DNA of 64,000 bases from Amphiscolops sp. MND2022 (Eukaryota), in contig OZ076409.1 in the NCBI GenBank assembly GCA_964187785.1, positions 91,452,001 through 91,516,000 of the forward strand, in the 5' to 3' direction. The position numbers were made by a program, and so were the translations under genes. Positions 13,616 to 26,800 of the stretch are shown here, piece after piece. The notes under the pieces were generated by a model, which saw nothing but the letters and a program-made list of their open reading frames with translations, was not told the origin of the DNA and did no database searches. How positions within the stretch are numbered: position 1 is the stretch's first letter; each line of letters begins with the position of its first letter.

Positions 13616-14270
13616 ATGTATGAAACTCCGTCTCTTCATAAGTTTGGTTTTTCTAGTGAACAGCTAAAACTGAGGGAATATCAGGAGCTAAAAGATATGA
13701 TAAAAAGTCAAGAAAAATTAGCCCAAATAACCCATTCCAATTTAAAAGAAGATTTGCAACGTGATTTTGAAAATGACATAGAAAATCAAGTAGAAGAAAA
13801 AATACTAGACGTGATAGCTCCCGCGAAGCTGCATCAAACACTAGACCCACAGGAAGTTTCAAAAAAACAATAGTTTTGAAATGTTAACAGTCCGTAACTT
13901 AAGTTTCTGAGTTCAAGGGGTCAAGCTGGAATGATTTTGAATGAAAATGGATTTAATAAAATTTTCAATAGCCTAGATCAAAATTAAATTACTATAACTA
14001 ACTACATAATTCAACTGCTTCATGACAAAGGTTTGTTCGATTCCTTTCCCAATAAAAATCAAGCTTTTGCAAATTATCTAACTTCCAGTGAATCTTATTT
14101 AAAGGAAAAGTATGGAAAAACAACACCTACTTCAGATGGTGAATATTATCTGTCTGATTTAGAATATTCTACCAGACAATCAATTCTAGAGTCATAAAAA
14201 GATTCCTATGAAGATCTTGTTGATATGAAACACAGAATGAAATTAACACCAACGGAAATAAATTTCATTT
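13616..14270 (+). pseudogene. Polinton-A hypothetical protein, disrupted
   Basis: TAAATG start; 85-aa ORF followed by broken coding-like sequence; end approximate. Confidence 0.45.
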
Positions 14271-14284
14271 TATATGATTATTAA

Positions 14285-14918
14285 ATGGAACAAAAACTCT
14301 ATCCCTCCCTAACCCCAACAGCTCCCCCATCCACACCATATGATGTAGAATCAATGATAAATAAGCGATTGCAAAACGAATTACAAAAAGTTAATAGTTT
14401 CAATAATTCTATTCAAAACATTAGTCTAATGATGAAATATTATGAAATGGAAGAAAAGAAATACAAACAGAAATACACCAATTACAAGTTGATTAAATAA
14501 CCTAATTAACTCCCTTGATGGCATTATAGTGATTGGAACAACTTCAGCATCAATTACACTAAGTATTACTGGTGAGGGTATTATAGTTGTTCCAATCACT
14601 GCAGGAGTTGGTTGTGCAACTGGTATTCTTGTTAAAATTTGTTCCAGTTATTTGAAAAGAAAGGAGCAAAATTATAAACTTAAGTACGCTATTATTCAGA
14701 AGACACTTGATGACTTTAGACAACTTTATATCACTAGCCTAAAAGATAATCATATAGATGAAAAAGAATATCAACGATTTGTGACTCAGTTTGAAAATTA
14801 TCGCGTAGCTTCGCGCGTAGCTTCACACGAAGCTTCGCAGGTAGCTTCACACACAAAATCACACGCAGCTTCACATACACCACCAACAATACCACTTGAA
14901 CCACACAATTTTTCATAA
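14285..14918 (+). pseudogene. Polinton-A coiled-coil/membrane protein with one internal disruption
   Basis: ORFs 14285-14500 and 14529-14918; Gly/Ala-rich hydrophobic hairpin ASITLSITGEGIIVVPITAGVGCATGILV between coiled-coil-like segments. Confidence 0.6.
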
Positions 14919-16237
14919 TTAATTTATTCAATTTTAACATGAAAAATAAAATAAAAATTAACACTAATAATTGAAAAATATACTATTGAAAAATATACTG
15001 CTATTAAATTCGTAAATTTATTATTAAAAATTGGAGAACTGCAGTACTTGCAATTCTGATTATAAAAAACTTACAAGTCTGATCATCTAAAATCAATAAA
15101 ACATTTACAAAATTAAATCAATATTATTGTAAAAAATGTAAAACATTTATGCCTTTGTCTGACAAGTCTAGTCATCTAAATTCAGATGAACATAAAAACA
15201 AAACCAATCAACAACACATTTGGTCTGAAGATTGTGGTAAATATATAAGCAATTCAAAACATTTCCAAAGTGAAATTCACACGTGAAGAAGTCAAAACAA
15301 CCAAATTAATCAAGCTACACAAAATGCGACAGCTCTCGCACCAGCTCTCACCTTCAGTACGCAGTCTGGTGTAGAAATAATTGTGAATGAAAAAACATAC
15401 ATTAAACTGAGAGTAAATCCAACAAATCATCTTGAAGAACAGATTAATGATTTACTAAATAAAAATTACTTTCCCCGATACAAGTTCCAATTGAGTTATT
15501 TAGCTAAGTTTTCGAAATACATCAACGGGCAGAGCTCCGCAGAAGAAGTTGTAGTTCACAAATGGGTTAAATCAGATTTTAATTATAATCACATACAAAG
15601 CACCTTCGGCACAAACCCAAATGTTCACAACATATTAATGCAGAAATTAGATGATGAGCAATTAGAAGGATCAGGTTTTGTGTTAAACGGTAATGTCAAT
15701 GTTTTAATGGAGATATATAAAGTCAATGATATTCAAGCTTCTTCATGGGTTGAGTTGCCAGAAAAATATAAGAATAATAAATCAATTACAAATATAAAAA
15801 ATGATGATCAATTTTGCTTTTTGTGGTGCGTCCTAGCACACCTTTGTCCCGTTGAGGATCATAAAAATAGAACATCAAGTTATTCAATACACACAAACAA
15901 ACTCAATTCAAATGGTTTAGAATACCCCATGAAAGTTAAAGATATTCCCAAGTTCGAAAACTTAAATAATTTAAACGTAAATGCACCAATTCATATTAAC
16001 AAAAATTACTTACAATCACAAATTGACTTGCTGCTATTTGAAAATCATTATTGCTTAATAACAAAATTACATTGCCTACTAAATAAGGATTCACACATGA
16101 AATAGGTGTGTAGAACATGTCTAACTGCATTCAGTTCTGAGGATATTCTCAATCAACACATTGACCGTTGTCAAAAACAACAACCAACTAATATCACATT
16201 CAGTTGGAAGGATCATTTAAAGTTCGAAGATTATCAT

Positions 16238-18497
16238 TGTTACGACTATTAACCGGTGTTGTTTTAGAACTAGTCGCAGTTTGTGTTTTGACCGGGGTGG
16301 ACGTTCTCGTTACGGAGATGTTTTCTTGGTCAGAATCAGAATCTTGTATGTTCGGGTTAACTGAGCGTTTCTTGTTCGTTGGTGCTATTAATTTAAGCAT
16401 TTCCTTTTGATTTTCGGCTAATATCTTTGTTAGGTCAGTCATTATCTCTTTCCTCAGAGTTGTTTTTATTTCTTCCAGGTTTTCAAGCTCAAGTCTAGGA
16501 TTTTTACTAGAACTAGGTATCAGGTTTTCAGTAGAGTTATTTTCGGTTAAGGAAGCTTCGAAATCTCCTGACACCAATTCAGCTACAGCTTTTCTCTTCT
16601 GGCTTCTGGTGGTCATTTTTTAATGTTAGAAAACGATTCTTCGGCAATAGATGAATTCTTCGAAGATGGTTTTTGTTCAACGTTGAAACAACGAAAACAG
16701 TTTAAGTTTATTACAACTTGCAAAACACAACTAACTAACTTTACATGTCTCGTCTAAGTATATATACCTCCTTAGCGTCATTTGTTCCTCACCTAAAAAT
16801 TCCTAGGAATCGCAAAATCAGGTTTGTTCAACAAAAAGCGCTAATGATTCATATCATTTCAGTCCCGCGTCGCAAAAATCAGGCATCAAAATTCCTAGTT
16901 GCGTCAGTGTTCCGTAAATTTGTTGAAATCATTTTTGTTCAGGCAATCCCATTTCCTGTTTAAGTCTCAAAATTGCGGTAAAATAAAAGTCTAGCTTGCA
17001 TTTTCAACAGCGTAAGTACGCCGGCATGAACAATTAGTCAACTTTCAATTTGGGAGATTGAGATTCGAAGTAAAAGAATGACTCGCAAAAATTAACGAAA
17101 TTGAAACGAGGCAAAAGGAATTTTGGACTACGGATATTTGAATATTATTGAGGAACAAGCGACGCTAAGAAAAACATAATGATGATTAATCGGTTAATTT
17201 TGTAAACTGAACAACTGCACCAACAGAAAATCCAACTTTGACCTATACGTGGCCATAACGTAACACGTACGAATTGCAAAGTACAAATAGATAGGGAAGA
17301 AATGTATTTGCAGGCAATAATTATTCTGCACTCGATTGGGCTTCGTATATGAATAAACAGGGCAGGCAATCTGCATCAATAGCACTTGGTTTGGGTTTTG
17401 ACGTTGACCTTACGTTACGTTCTGTGAAACATTTTAATGATAAACAACTAATCACTGAATACATAAACTCTTAATGTAACGTAAGGCACACGTGAATTGA
17501 GAAACTATTGCAATAGCACCGTTACTCTTCGATCATAGTTTTAGTCCCTTCTTACAGTACAACCTTTTACATGTGGACTTGTTTTCAAAAATCCATTAAG
17601 TGCGTCGATTCAGAAAAATCCTTATTTGATTTCGGTTTAAACTAATACTTCACCGCTATTATTTTACGAGTTGTTCCGTACGTATTAAGATTGGTTATAG
17701 CTGAACGGCGGAATACAATTTTACAATCCGCCCCGTAGCTGTCCCGTACGTATTAAGGTTGCTCATAGCTCAGCTATCGAACCAAGCGGAGAGAAAGCGG
17801 AGTGCGTAGGTGAATTCATTCTCTCTCTCTTATTCCAATTGGTGTTGCTAGGGGCAACCGAAATTGCTTCTATTCAACTTAGCTAAGAATAGTTCTATCA
17901 ATAGAGTGACGTTATTGGTCCGTAGAAGCAAAAATTCCTAATATTAGCTCAGTAGATTGGCGTTGCCATAGCGTTGTAAATATTTGCCTAAATCACTTGG
18001 CTGTGCTTTAAGTGAATATTGACAACCACTTCATCTCTGGAAAACAATTCCGCTCTATTATTTGTCTGTTCCTTTTCATTTTAGATTGTATGAATTCCGT
18101 TGGGATCTCGGAATTGAATTTATTTTAATGTTTTCATTTTAGTGTGGACCAGTGGAAGGAATGATCCCAATTGTAAATGTTCATATTGGTGTTTAGATTA
18201 GTATGACAGAAAATCAGAAGATCATACCGGAAATGAAAAATCTTATCACGCGCGGAGAATAGTTAACCGGAAGTTTTAGTTAAAAATCATTTCTGAAAAA
18301 CGCTCCGTAACGTTTACGTTAGGTTTTGTATTCGAGAAATTATCTGCAACCGATTTAGCTGTACTGTAAGTAAAATTTAGATCAGTTTAAAATTAAGTTA
18401 GTTTAATAGAGTTTACCTCGGCCTTGTCCTCGACCAATTTCGAAACCAGGTATCCCACTGCAGCAGCTATAATCCCGACCGGGAGCGGGTCGTGACA
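16238..18497 (-). repeat. Gypsy 3' LTR
   Basis: TGTTACGAC...GTCGTGACA inverted termini; copy of 30195-32454. Confidence 0.96.
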
Positions 18498-19272
18498 GGG
18501 CCCCTCTTGAAGCAAGAGACAAGGGTATAGCTCGGCAATGGGGAATTTCTTTCCTGATGATGACAGGGGGACGGCCGTTAAGAATCCGCGTGCCGCGACT
18601 ACGTCCTCTTCCCGAAGTCATTTTGGTTATGAATCTTTCTTCTTCTTCCATTTCTCGAAGCTCCTGTTCTCTTCGCAACGTCTCGATAGGGCATATTTCC
18701 GGCGGCTTAGTAGGGTCGCTTAACGCACAATTGCATTGCTCTCTTTTGGTCGGAGGGGGGGCATTCTCTTTAGCTCCGTAGTGAGTGCGTCCACGGCCAA
18801 CTGTTGCGAAAAACTGCCGATCTTCTATGTCTAAGCCGTGTAGTGCGTCCAAATCTGCCAGCGAAGGCTCATTCAAGTCATTCAGCTTGACTGTGTTTGG
18901 AGCTCTTTCATTTCCTAATTGGGGAATGTTTGCCTTTTCTTTTAGGACTGGTGTTGGTCTTGTTTGGGGCTGGCTCGGCGGCGTATCCGGTTCTTCGTAG
19001 AAGTCGGTATCTGAGTTAGGGTTTACTGCTGGCGGTAGATTAAAACTTACTCTCCCTAGCTTTTTCTTTTTGCTGGGGGTAGGGCCGCGCTTTTTCGGAG
19101 AACAGTCAGACTCGGATGTTGAATCTGTTTCAGCTTCACTCCCACGGAATGTTTCCGTTGACGAGTCACTAAGAGTGCTGATCGTGTTGAGGGGTAATGC
19201 CTTCAATGGCGTGCTGCAACGGTTATTATCTTCGTCGGAAGATATATCTATCACCAACGAGTATCCGTTCAT
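18403..19272 (-). CDS. Sense-strand accessory ORF in the env position, 289 aa, unknown function
   Basis: Open ORF ending inside the 3' LTR; low complexity; NLS-like PKKRGPTPSKKKK; RG-rich segments; no signal peptide or TM helix. Confidence 0.65.
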   Translation of the reverse strand: MNGYSLVIDISSDEDNNRCSTPLKALPLNTISTLSDSSTETFRGSEAETDSTSESDCSPKKRGPTPSKKKKLGRVSFNLPPAVNPNSDTDFYEEPDTPPSQPQTRPTPVLKEKANIPQLGNERAPNTVKLNDLNEPSLADLDALHGLDIEDRQFFATVGRGRTHYGAKENAPPPTKREQCNCALSDPTKPPEICPIETLRREQELREMEEEERFITKMTSGRGRSRGTRILNGRPPVIIRKEIPHCRAIPLSLASRGALSRPAPGRDYSCCSGIPGFEIGRGQGRGKLY

Positions 19273-19339
19273 GATTGCAGAGATTAAATTTTGTAGGGTT
19301 CTGGCTTATGTCTTTTTTGACTAGTTCACAGAGAATTAG

Positions 19340-19620
19340 TTTGGTAGAAGATGCTGGTCAAGCTTTTATGAAAATTGGACGACAAATGAACGTTTCAAAT
19401 TCTTTCCTTCGTAATTTTTAACGAAATTCTATTGGTCGGTTTTTCCGCTTTCGTTTCGGTGCGTCTCGAAATGAAAGAAACGAGTTCTTTCTTACTGCGT
19501 TGTGATTGGTCGAAATAATTGATGAAAACTTCTAATTCTAGTAGCCGTCCTCTTTTCGGTTAATGGCGCAATGACGTCACACAGTTTCATTGGTGTATTA
19601 CGCCTGTGTTCTGTGATCTC
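19340..19620. promoter_or_regulatory. Putative internal bidirectional Pol II promoter
   Basis: Three ATTGG/CCAAT boxes (~19431, 19505, 19589), CRE TGACGTCA (~19572) and CATAAAAG on the minus strand, between two divergent accessory genes. Confidence 0.5.
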
Positions 19621-19861
19621 CTGATGATTTTCTTAATTCTTCTTTAGCATTTCTTGGTGGATTTTTATCCATCTTTTGGAAACGTTTTGTTCCGTCAATG
19701 CCATAATAGGCTTTTAAAAGGAAAAAGGAAATTGGAACATAGATGATTTTCTTTCCTGTAAAAATGATGCTGTTGATCCTTTTCTTGTCTTTTACGTTCG
19801 CTTTGCGTAGTTTTCTTCTTGATTTTCCTTTTGTTTTAGATTTCTTGATTTATTATTCTGG

Positions 19862-22800
19862 ATGGATGGTGATTCTGGTCCTCCTGCTGGTACTGGTGCA
19901 GGGTTCGTCAGTGGAAACGAGACAACATTCAATTTCACCGATGATGATGTTGTTCCTTCTGACATCGATATTTCTCGTTCTGCTTCGGGTTGGTAAAATC
20001 TTTCTGACTTCCTGGGCAATAGGACTATTGTTTTGGTGATCAGCCTTTTATAGTCTTACCCGTAACTCTGACGCGTCTGAACCAGATCTTGATTTTCAGT
20101 AACTCAACCCATTGCGCTGCCCGGGCTTAGCTCCCATACGGAGGCTAGTCGTTCTTTGGTTCCCGTGGGACTTCCTTCCATTACCGAGGCATTTCCGGTT
20201 GCCTCTGTCAACGCTATCCTGACGACTGTTCTTGCTGGTTCTGGGCATACTGCTTCTTTCCAGCCTGGTTCCTCTTCGTTGTTAGAGGCTCCCGACGTCA
20301 GTACTGGAGTTTCGCGAGATGCCACCGGATTTGGTTCTCAGCTTCAAGATGCTGCTGTTGCTAGTGAGCCTCGTGGAGGCGAGGCCGTTCCGGCCTCCCC
20401 AAAAGAAAGTGGAGGGGGAAGAAATGATGTGGAAGCTGCGACTGTCGATGTCATGGAGCCAAGTTGTTCTCGTGAGCGGGCTGTGAAGTTTTCGACTCCG
20501 CCACCGCAACGTCAAGGTGGTCATTCTCCTAGTTTACAGGAGCTTATGGCTGAGGGATGGAGCAGTTAGTTGTTTCTCTTTTTCTCATCCTTTCCTTTTC
20601 TCTTCTCTTTGTTTTGTAGATTGCTTGTATGGGGTTGTTCAATTTAGTCTTCTGGTTGGGTTTCTCAGAGTGGTTCGGGATTCCATAGTGTTTTCACCTA
20701 ATTGTTTTGATGTTTGTTATAGGTGATGCAGAAGCGGAGGAGGAGGTGTTAGCTTTCCCCGGCAATACTCCGTTGAGTCCGATTGACTTGGCGCAATTTG
20801 GTCGTCATCTGATTTCTGAGGTGGAGACTCGGGCAGTACAAAGTATCGAGACAGGTCCGTTAGTATGTCATAGTTGATAGGGGGTTGTTTAGGTGTGGTT
20901 GGGGTTTTGGGGTCGCAATATCGTGTGTCATATTTATAGATGGTTGTGTTATCGTTTGCAGGTTTCACGAAGTTGTCGAAGAAGATTGGAGATCGCTGCC
21001 AGCGGCGAGTGCGAACTTATGGGAATCGCAAACATTTGAAGAGACGCATGTTATCTTTGCATCCCGCATATTCCAACTTTGTCAGTGGCTCTAAGTGCGG
21101 GGAGCCTACGTCCTTCTTTTGTCGAGTGTGCAATCGAGATGTGCGGATGAAGGCACAAGGATCTGGCGAATTTAAACGTCACTTCGCATCTGATGGGCAC
21201 TGGTTTCGTGACGTGCGCTACAGAGTACATTCAGGGTTGCCCGTATACAATAGATGGTTGGAGCCTATGGAACTGACTGCTGCCCAGATTGCGGAATACA
21301 AAGCTCAACCTTTTGTGGACTTGGCAGAGGGGTTTCCCTTTCCAGAAGATTTGGTGCCCAAACATGCCCAAGTTGATTCAAAGGTCCCATTTATGACCAT
21401 GATCTCGGCCGTCTGTGAGTGGCTCCGGAGTGGCGGCGATTTCACGTTGCTGCGACGTTTATGGGCGTGTTTCCGAGCTTCTTTGGGTGAGAGGGCGCCC
21501 GAATATCAGCTGAATTGGAGTCGTGCTGAGACGGTGGTAAGTAGGGGTATTACATATTTTTGTGGTCTTTGGGTTCATGAGCTTTGTCTGTGTCGTTTTC
21601 CCTCTTTTTCCTCTTTTTTTTTCTTTTCTTTTTTTTTCTTTTCTTTTCTTCTTCGGGAGGGGGGGGCAGTAGTAGTGTGGTTTTGTAGTCATGGTATTCG
21701 TATATTGTTTCAGTCCTTGCTGTGTCGTGGCCTTGCTCCTCGGGTGTTGCGTTTGGTTCTCAGTGCAGTCGGGACGCGGAATGAATATGCATTGTTCTAT
21801 GAGAAAGATGCGGATGTTGAACGATGCTTTGTTGTGTGCTGGTTGGATAATGCTCTGCGGAAAATCTGCATTGGTCAGGAAGTTTTGGACCAGCCTATGC
21901 CCAAATCCGAGTTGGTTCCTTTGGCACAGTTCGTCCATAGTGTGCAAAATGCGCGTCTTCCCTTTTGTGTCAGCGGTGCTAGTCCGGTGCTTCTTCGAGT
22001 GATAGAGGACAATCGTACTGATGGGAAACGACTTGTTATGCATCAACAGTTTTCCGAGGAGGTGTTCCTACAGTGTGTGCGTCAGGCACATCAGGATGTT
22101 TTCGGAATGGTCGAGGTGACAAGTTTGGTGGACTATGTCATTTTACGGCTAAAGAGCGCTGTGTACGAGGACTGGACAGATGGCAAGGTGTTGCTGCGCA
22201 AGGCCATTCGTCAAGGTTTCGTCGCCTTCCAGGATCTTCGTGAGGTTCTGACTGATTTGGTGGACCTGTGGCCTTCAATTCGCCTGTTCATTCGGTGTAC
22301 CGGATTGCCTCATGTGAAAGATCAGGCCGACAGTGTGAGTCTGTTGCAGGATTTTTTTTCCGGGAGGTTCTTCACGGTCGTCTTGTTGGTCATCTGTTGT
22401 TTTCCGTCTGCTTAGTTATTTTGTGTTGTTGTTTAGTTGAGAGGTATGGATTCAACTGTGATCTCGGACGGACTGGTGCCGTATCGTTTTGGGCTGTTGC
22501 AATTGATGCTGGATACTTTCCATATTCATTTGCCGAAGTTGAGACAGAGCCGCAGCGATTATGCATTCCATGGCTATGGTGAATTATGCAATTTCGTATA
22601 CTGCTTGTTGATGAAGACACGCCAGTTATCAAGTCTTCCAGCTATTCACGATTGGGATGCATACATGGACGTGGAAAAGGCGGCAAGTTTCCCTGTTGCA
22701 CCTATAGATGAGTTCTTGGCTCACTGTGATTATGGGAAGTCTCTTTTGTCGTCGAAAGCGAGCGAGATGCCAAAGTTTCGTAGTCGCTGCAGAGAATTTA

Positions 22801-23729
22801 TCGATCGCCTCGTCACTCTGTTAGTGGAGAGTGCCAGCACTCGTTCCATTGTTTCGAAGGGTCTGTGCAGTTTCTGCCCTGAACTGATGTTAGAAGGTGA
22901 CGATAAGTGTGCGTTTGATTTGTTTTCTGAGCTGTGTGATGGTCTTGTGAGGTGCGGCGCTTTATCTCGAGAAGAATGCAATGCTGCTGTGGATGAGTAT
23001 AGTGCGTACGTGATCGAGAAACGCAGGCAGCATAGTCGATTGGAGCGTTCTGCCAGTTCTATTACGGACATTCGCCGCTACTTGCTGGATGATTTTGGGT
23101 TCCAGTCACGACGACATGTACTTCGTGTCTTCAAGTTGTGTTGTCTGCTTGTCGGTGAGCCCAACCGTGTTAGTCCTCCGTTTACTCTTGATCTGTCGAG
23201 TTGTAAACAGGCTGAAGGAAGTGTTCTTCTGTGTTGCAGAGTTGTTCAATCGTATGTTTTGAGCGACGGTTATTCTCCGCAGTCATTATTTACTGAGTCA
23301 TCTATGGGCCTAATGCGAGATGCTGTTTCTGAAGCTGGGCTATTTTATATTGGCTCTGATTTTAACGTATGGAAAGATTTGTGCGATGCCGGTGTGGACT
23401 CGTTTATTGCATCTTTTTGCGAGCTGTATAAAGAATTTTTGGCAAAGCGACGTCAATCCAGTGATGAGCATTATACGGAGTGTAATCGAGTCAATCGTTT
23501 ATCTCGGGCAGAGCAGGGGTCTCGTAGTAGTTCCGTTGTGCAGAGTAGTTCCAGTTCTGTTAGTGGAAAAGGGAAAAGTGGTGGAAGTAAAGTTGGTGAA
23601 AAGAGTACTGATGGGAAGCAGGTTGGGAAGACGAAGAAGTCTAACGTGCAAGCTGGTGGTAGTAAAACGACTCCGAAGAAGAAGTCGAAGAAAGACATTG
23701 ATCCTTCCGTACATCATCATGTCAAGTGA
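19862..23729 (+). CDS. Spliced antisense accessory gene in the Gypsy element, ~1070 aa; exons 19862-19988, 20100-20564, 20723-20854, 20962-21536, 21714-22334, 22437-23729
   Basis: Five phase-consistent GT-AG introns (donors GTTGGT, GTTAGT, GTCCGT, GTAAGT, GTGAGT; pyrimidine-rich acceptors). Joined CDS is 3213 nt without stops; Zn finger CRVC...H....GH. Confidence 0.8.
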
Positions 23730-23875
23730 TTTGTATTGTGACGATTTGTAGACTTTTATTATGTTTTGATGATTCTGAAGGGATTATAATTTTGGCTTTG
23801 TTGCTGTTTTTCTTAGTTTAGATGATCATTTTACGTAGCTACTCCGGTTCGGTTTAGCCTGCTGATTGTTTTCAT

Positions 23876-26800
23876 TTAGTTTTGAGTTTGACGTAAATCG
23901 TCCGCTGTAGTTGAGTTTAGCATTCTGAAGTCAGGGTCCACGTTGGGTCTCGGATTAGGTCTCAAATTGTATCGTCCCACTTTTCTAGGATTGTATCCAA
24001 CGACTATAGGCGGTAATTCGGGTGTTTTGGGAGGGCTGTGTATCGGTGGTGGGGTCAAAATATATGGGTTATCGCTGACATCTAGATCAAATGACGTTAT
24101 ATTGTCGGAAGGTGTTTTATCTGCTGCAGTATTTTCATTTGTGGCTGTTTGAGCCACGTCGCTTTCCGTTGTAGCTTCGTGTGTGGTTGTTTGAACCACG
24201 TCATTTTCCACTGTGCTTCCATTGGTGGTTGTTTTAACCACATCATTTTCCGTTGTAGTTTCGTTGCGTCCTGTTGTGTCTGCGATTTCTGTAACTGTGG
24301 CTTCTTCTGCGGCGTTTTCGGTATTGTTTCCGAACAGAACTTCTCCGAATTCGGTTTCCCAAGCTTGCGCGTACCAATCATTGTGGGTTGTTTTAACCTC
24401 TGGGTCTGGAAGATAATCTTCCCTTCTGACTGTTACGTCAGGTACTCGCTGATTGGGCGCATATAGCCTTAGGCGAATTCTATGGAGGGTTTGGGTATAT
24501 CTAGTTCCCGTGCGGCGTACGACGTAGTTGTTGTTCGAGAGTACTTTGACTACTATGTAGGGTCCAGTCCAAATGCAATCTTTAAAAGCGAATTTCATCA
24601 ACTGGTTGTCTGCCTTCGGATTGAGGACGTAACAGTAGTCATTGACTTTGAGCGGTGTAGCTGTTGCTTTCTTGTCATAGTACTGTTTGTATTTGAGGTA
24701 GGATTGCATTAGGTTTTCTTTGGCGGCATGGTGTATTTCGGATATTTGCTTCTGTAATTGATCCGTTAGTTCGTCGTTGCTATCTTTTTTCCATTCGGGT
24801 TTCAATCCGAGTTTTATGTCTAGGATGTTGTACGGAATGCGTCCGTGAAATACTGTTGTAGGTTCACAACCTAGGCTTTCATGATAGCTCGTATTGTAGT
24901 TCATGACCGCGATCTGGACATATTTATGCCACATAGAGCGTCGTTCTCCCGTTGATATCTTTAGGGAGGTTTTCAAAGAGGCGTGAGTCCTTTCTAGGAT
25001 GCCAATTGTTTGAGCGTGTTTCGTCGATGCGTGGCTTATCCGTATATCCAATGTTTGTGTTATTTGATTGACTACTTCTGATCTGAATTGTGATCCTTTA
25101 TCTGTTAGAATGACGGTCGGCAGGTAGCAGTGTCGTGTCATGACGTCTATTATGCATCGTGCGACTGTTTTGGCTGTCATGTCCTGTGTCGGGTAAGCGA
25201 AAAGGTAACGTGAAAAAACATCCATCATCGTTATGATGTGTTGGTATCCATTTGAGGAAGGTAGATTTGGTAGGATGTCTACTTCTAGGCAGTCTTCTGG
25301 TCCCATTGTGAATTCAGTGTTGCTTAGCATTTTAGGGCGTATTTGTCTTGTGTCAATTCTTTTATTGGCAATGCAGTCTTGACAGCTGGTTACCCAAGCT
25401 CTGATTTTACGTGCAAGACCCGGGAAGTAGTATTTCGCTCTGCATTCTTGTATCATTTTTGCGATTCTTGGATGTTTATTTGTTTTCCCATGTAGAGTGG
25501 CCAAGAGTTCTGGGACTAGGTGTTTCGGAATTATGATTTGATTATGGGTGACTGATCCGTCTTCTCCGTAGTATTTCCGCATCAGAACTCCATCTTTCAT
25601 TATGATTCTTTCTTCGTGGCGTAATAGGTTTCGTCCTCGTGGTTCGGTTTTGAGAAGGTGTTTGTCATATTCTTCGTGTGAAATCCGTTGTTTCAGTGCT
25701 TTGAGGAGAGGGTCTGCATCTTGCTCGTTTCTGATCCGTGCATTTTCTTTGATTGCACTGAAGGAGTAGACTGCGGAGTTGAGTGGTATCTTGATGACTT
25801 CGGTTACTTTTGTTGATAATTCTCTCTCATGTTCGTCTAGGGCGCGTCGCTTGCTGAGTGCTTTTCGGGCAAAGATTTCTTGTTCAGATTCATCTTCGTC
25901 ATCAGGTAGGAAGAAAAGTTGTTCTTCATCAGCTACATCTGATGATTGTAGATTGACCTCAATTGGGGACGTTAGGATGTCGTCTCGTAGCTTAAGTTGT
26001 ACTTTTTCTTTCGGTGTAAGTTCGAGTCTTGAGAGAAAATCTGCTGCTGTGTTTTGGGAGCCTGCTACGTGCATGATTCGAAACTTGAATTGTAATACAT
26101 AGTCGCAGGCATTCCAGAGTGCAGGGGGTGTCGTTTTGGTCTGGAAGAATCTCGTTACTGAGCGGTTGTCCGTTAAGACCAGGGTTGGAATTGTTGCTTC
26201 CCAAAGTATGTGACTGTATTCGAGGAATGCATGATAGATTGCTAAGAATTCCTTGCAGTAGATAGACATTTTCAGTTGTGCAGGTGAAAAAACTCGTGAT
26301 CCGAACGCTACTGGTGCGAAAGTTTTCCGTTTGGAGAGTATTTTGCGTTCATCATTCTCCTCAATCATGAGGGCGTAGCCTGACGCACGAAAGCTTGCGT
26401 CCGTCATTAGGACGTACTGTTTCCCTGCTATAGGCTGTCTTAGTGCGAGTCCACAAGCTTCCGCTAAACTGGCGTTGATTTCCTTAAAGTTATCGACAAG
26501 TTCTTCTGAAATTCTGATCTTGGAGTCTGCTTTAAGAAGTTCGTACATGCCGATGAGTTTTTCTGATAAGCGCGGTATGTAGTTGCGGTAATAGTTAACA
26601 AAGCCAATGTACTTTTGAACTTGTTTTTTGGATTTGGGGAAGCGTACTTTGGAGAGGAAATTTTTGACTTTTTGGTCTTGCGGGGCTACTCCGTCAGGGG
26701 TGATGGTTCGTCCAAGAAATTCGATTTGGGTTACTCCAAAATGACATTTTTCGATGGTTAGTTTTAGTCCTGCTTTCCGGATGCATTTGAAGACTGCTCT

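Noticed and set aside
16200..16616. Independent 138-aa gene
   Set aside because: It is the LTR-borne copy of the gag 5' end running into flanking DNA.
18403..19272. env gene
   Set aside because: No signal peptide, TM anchor or fusion-protein features.
21537..21713. Phe-rich transmembrane segment in ORF 20940-22415
   Set aside because: Bounded by GTAAGT and tttcag; it is an in-frame intron.
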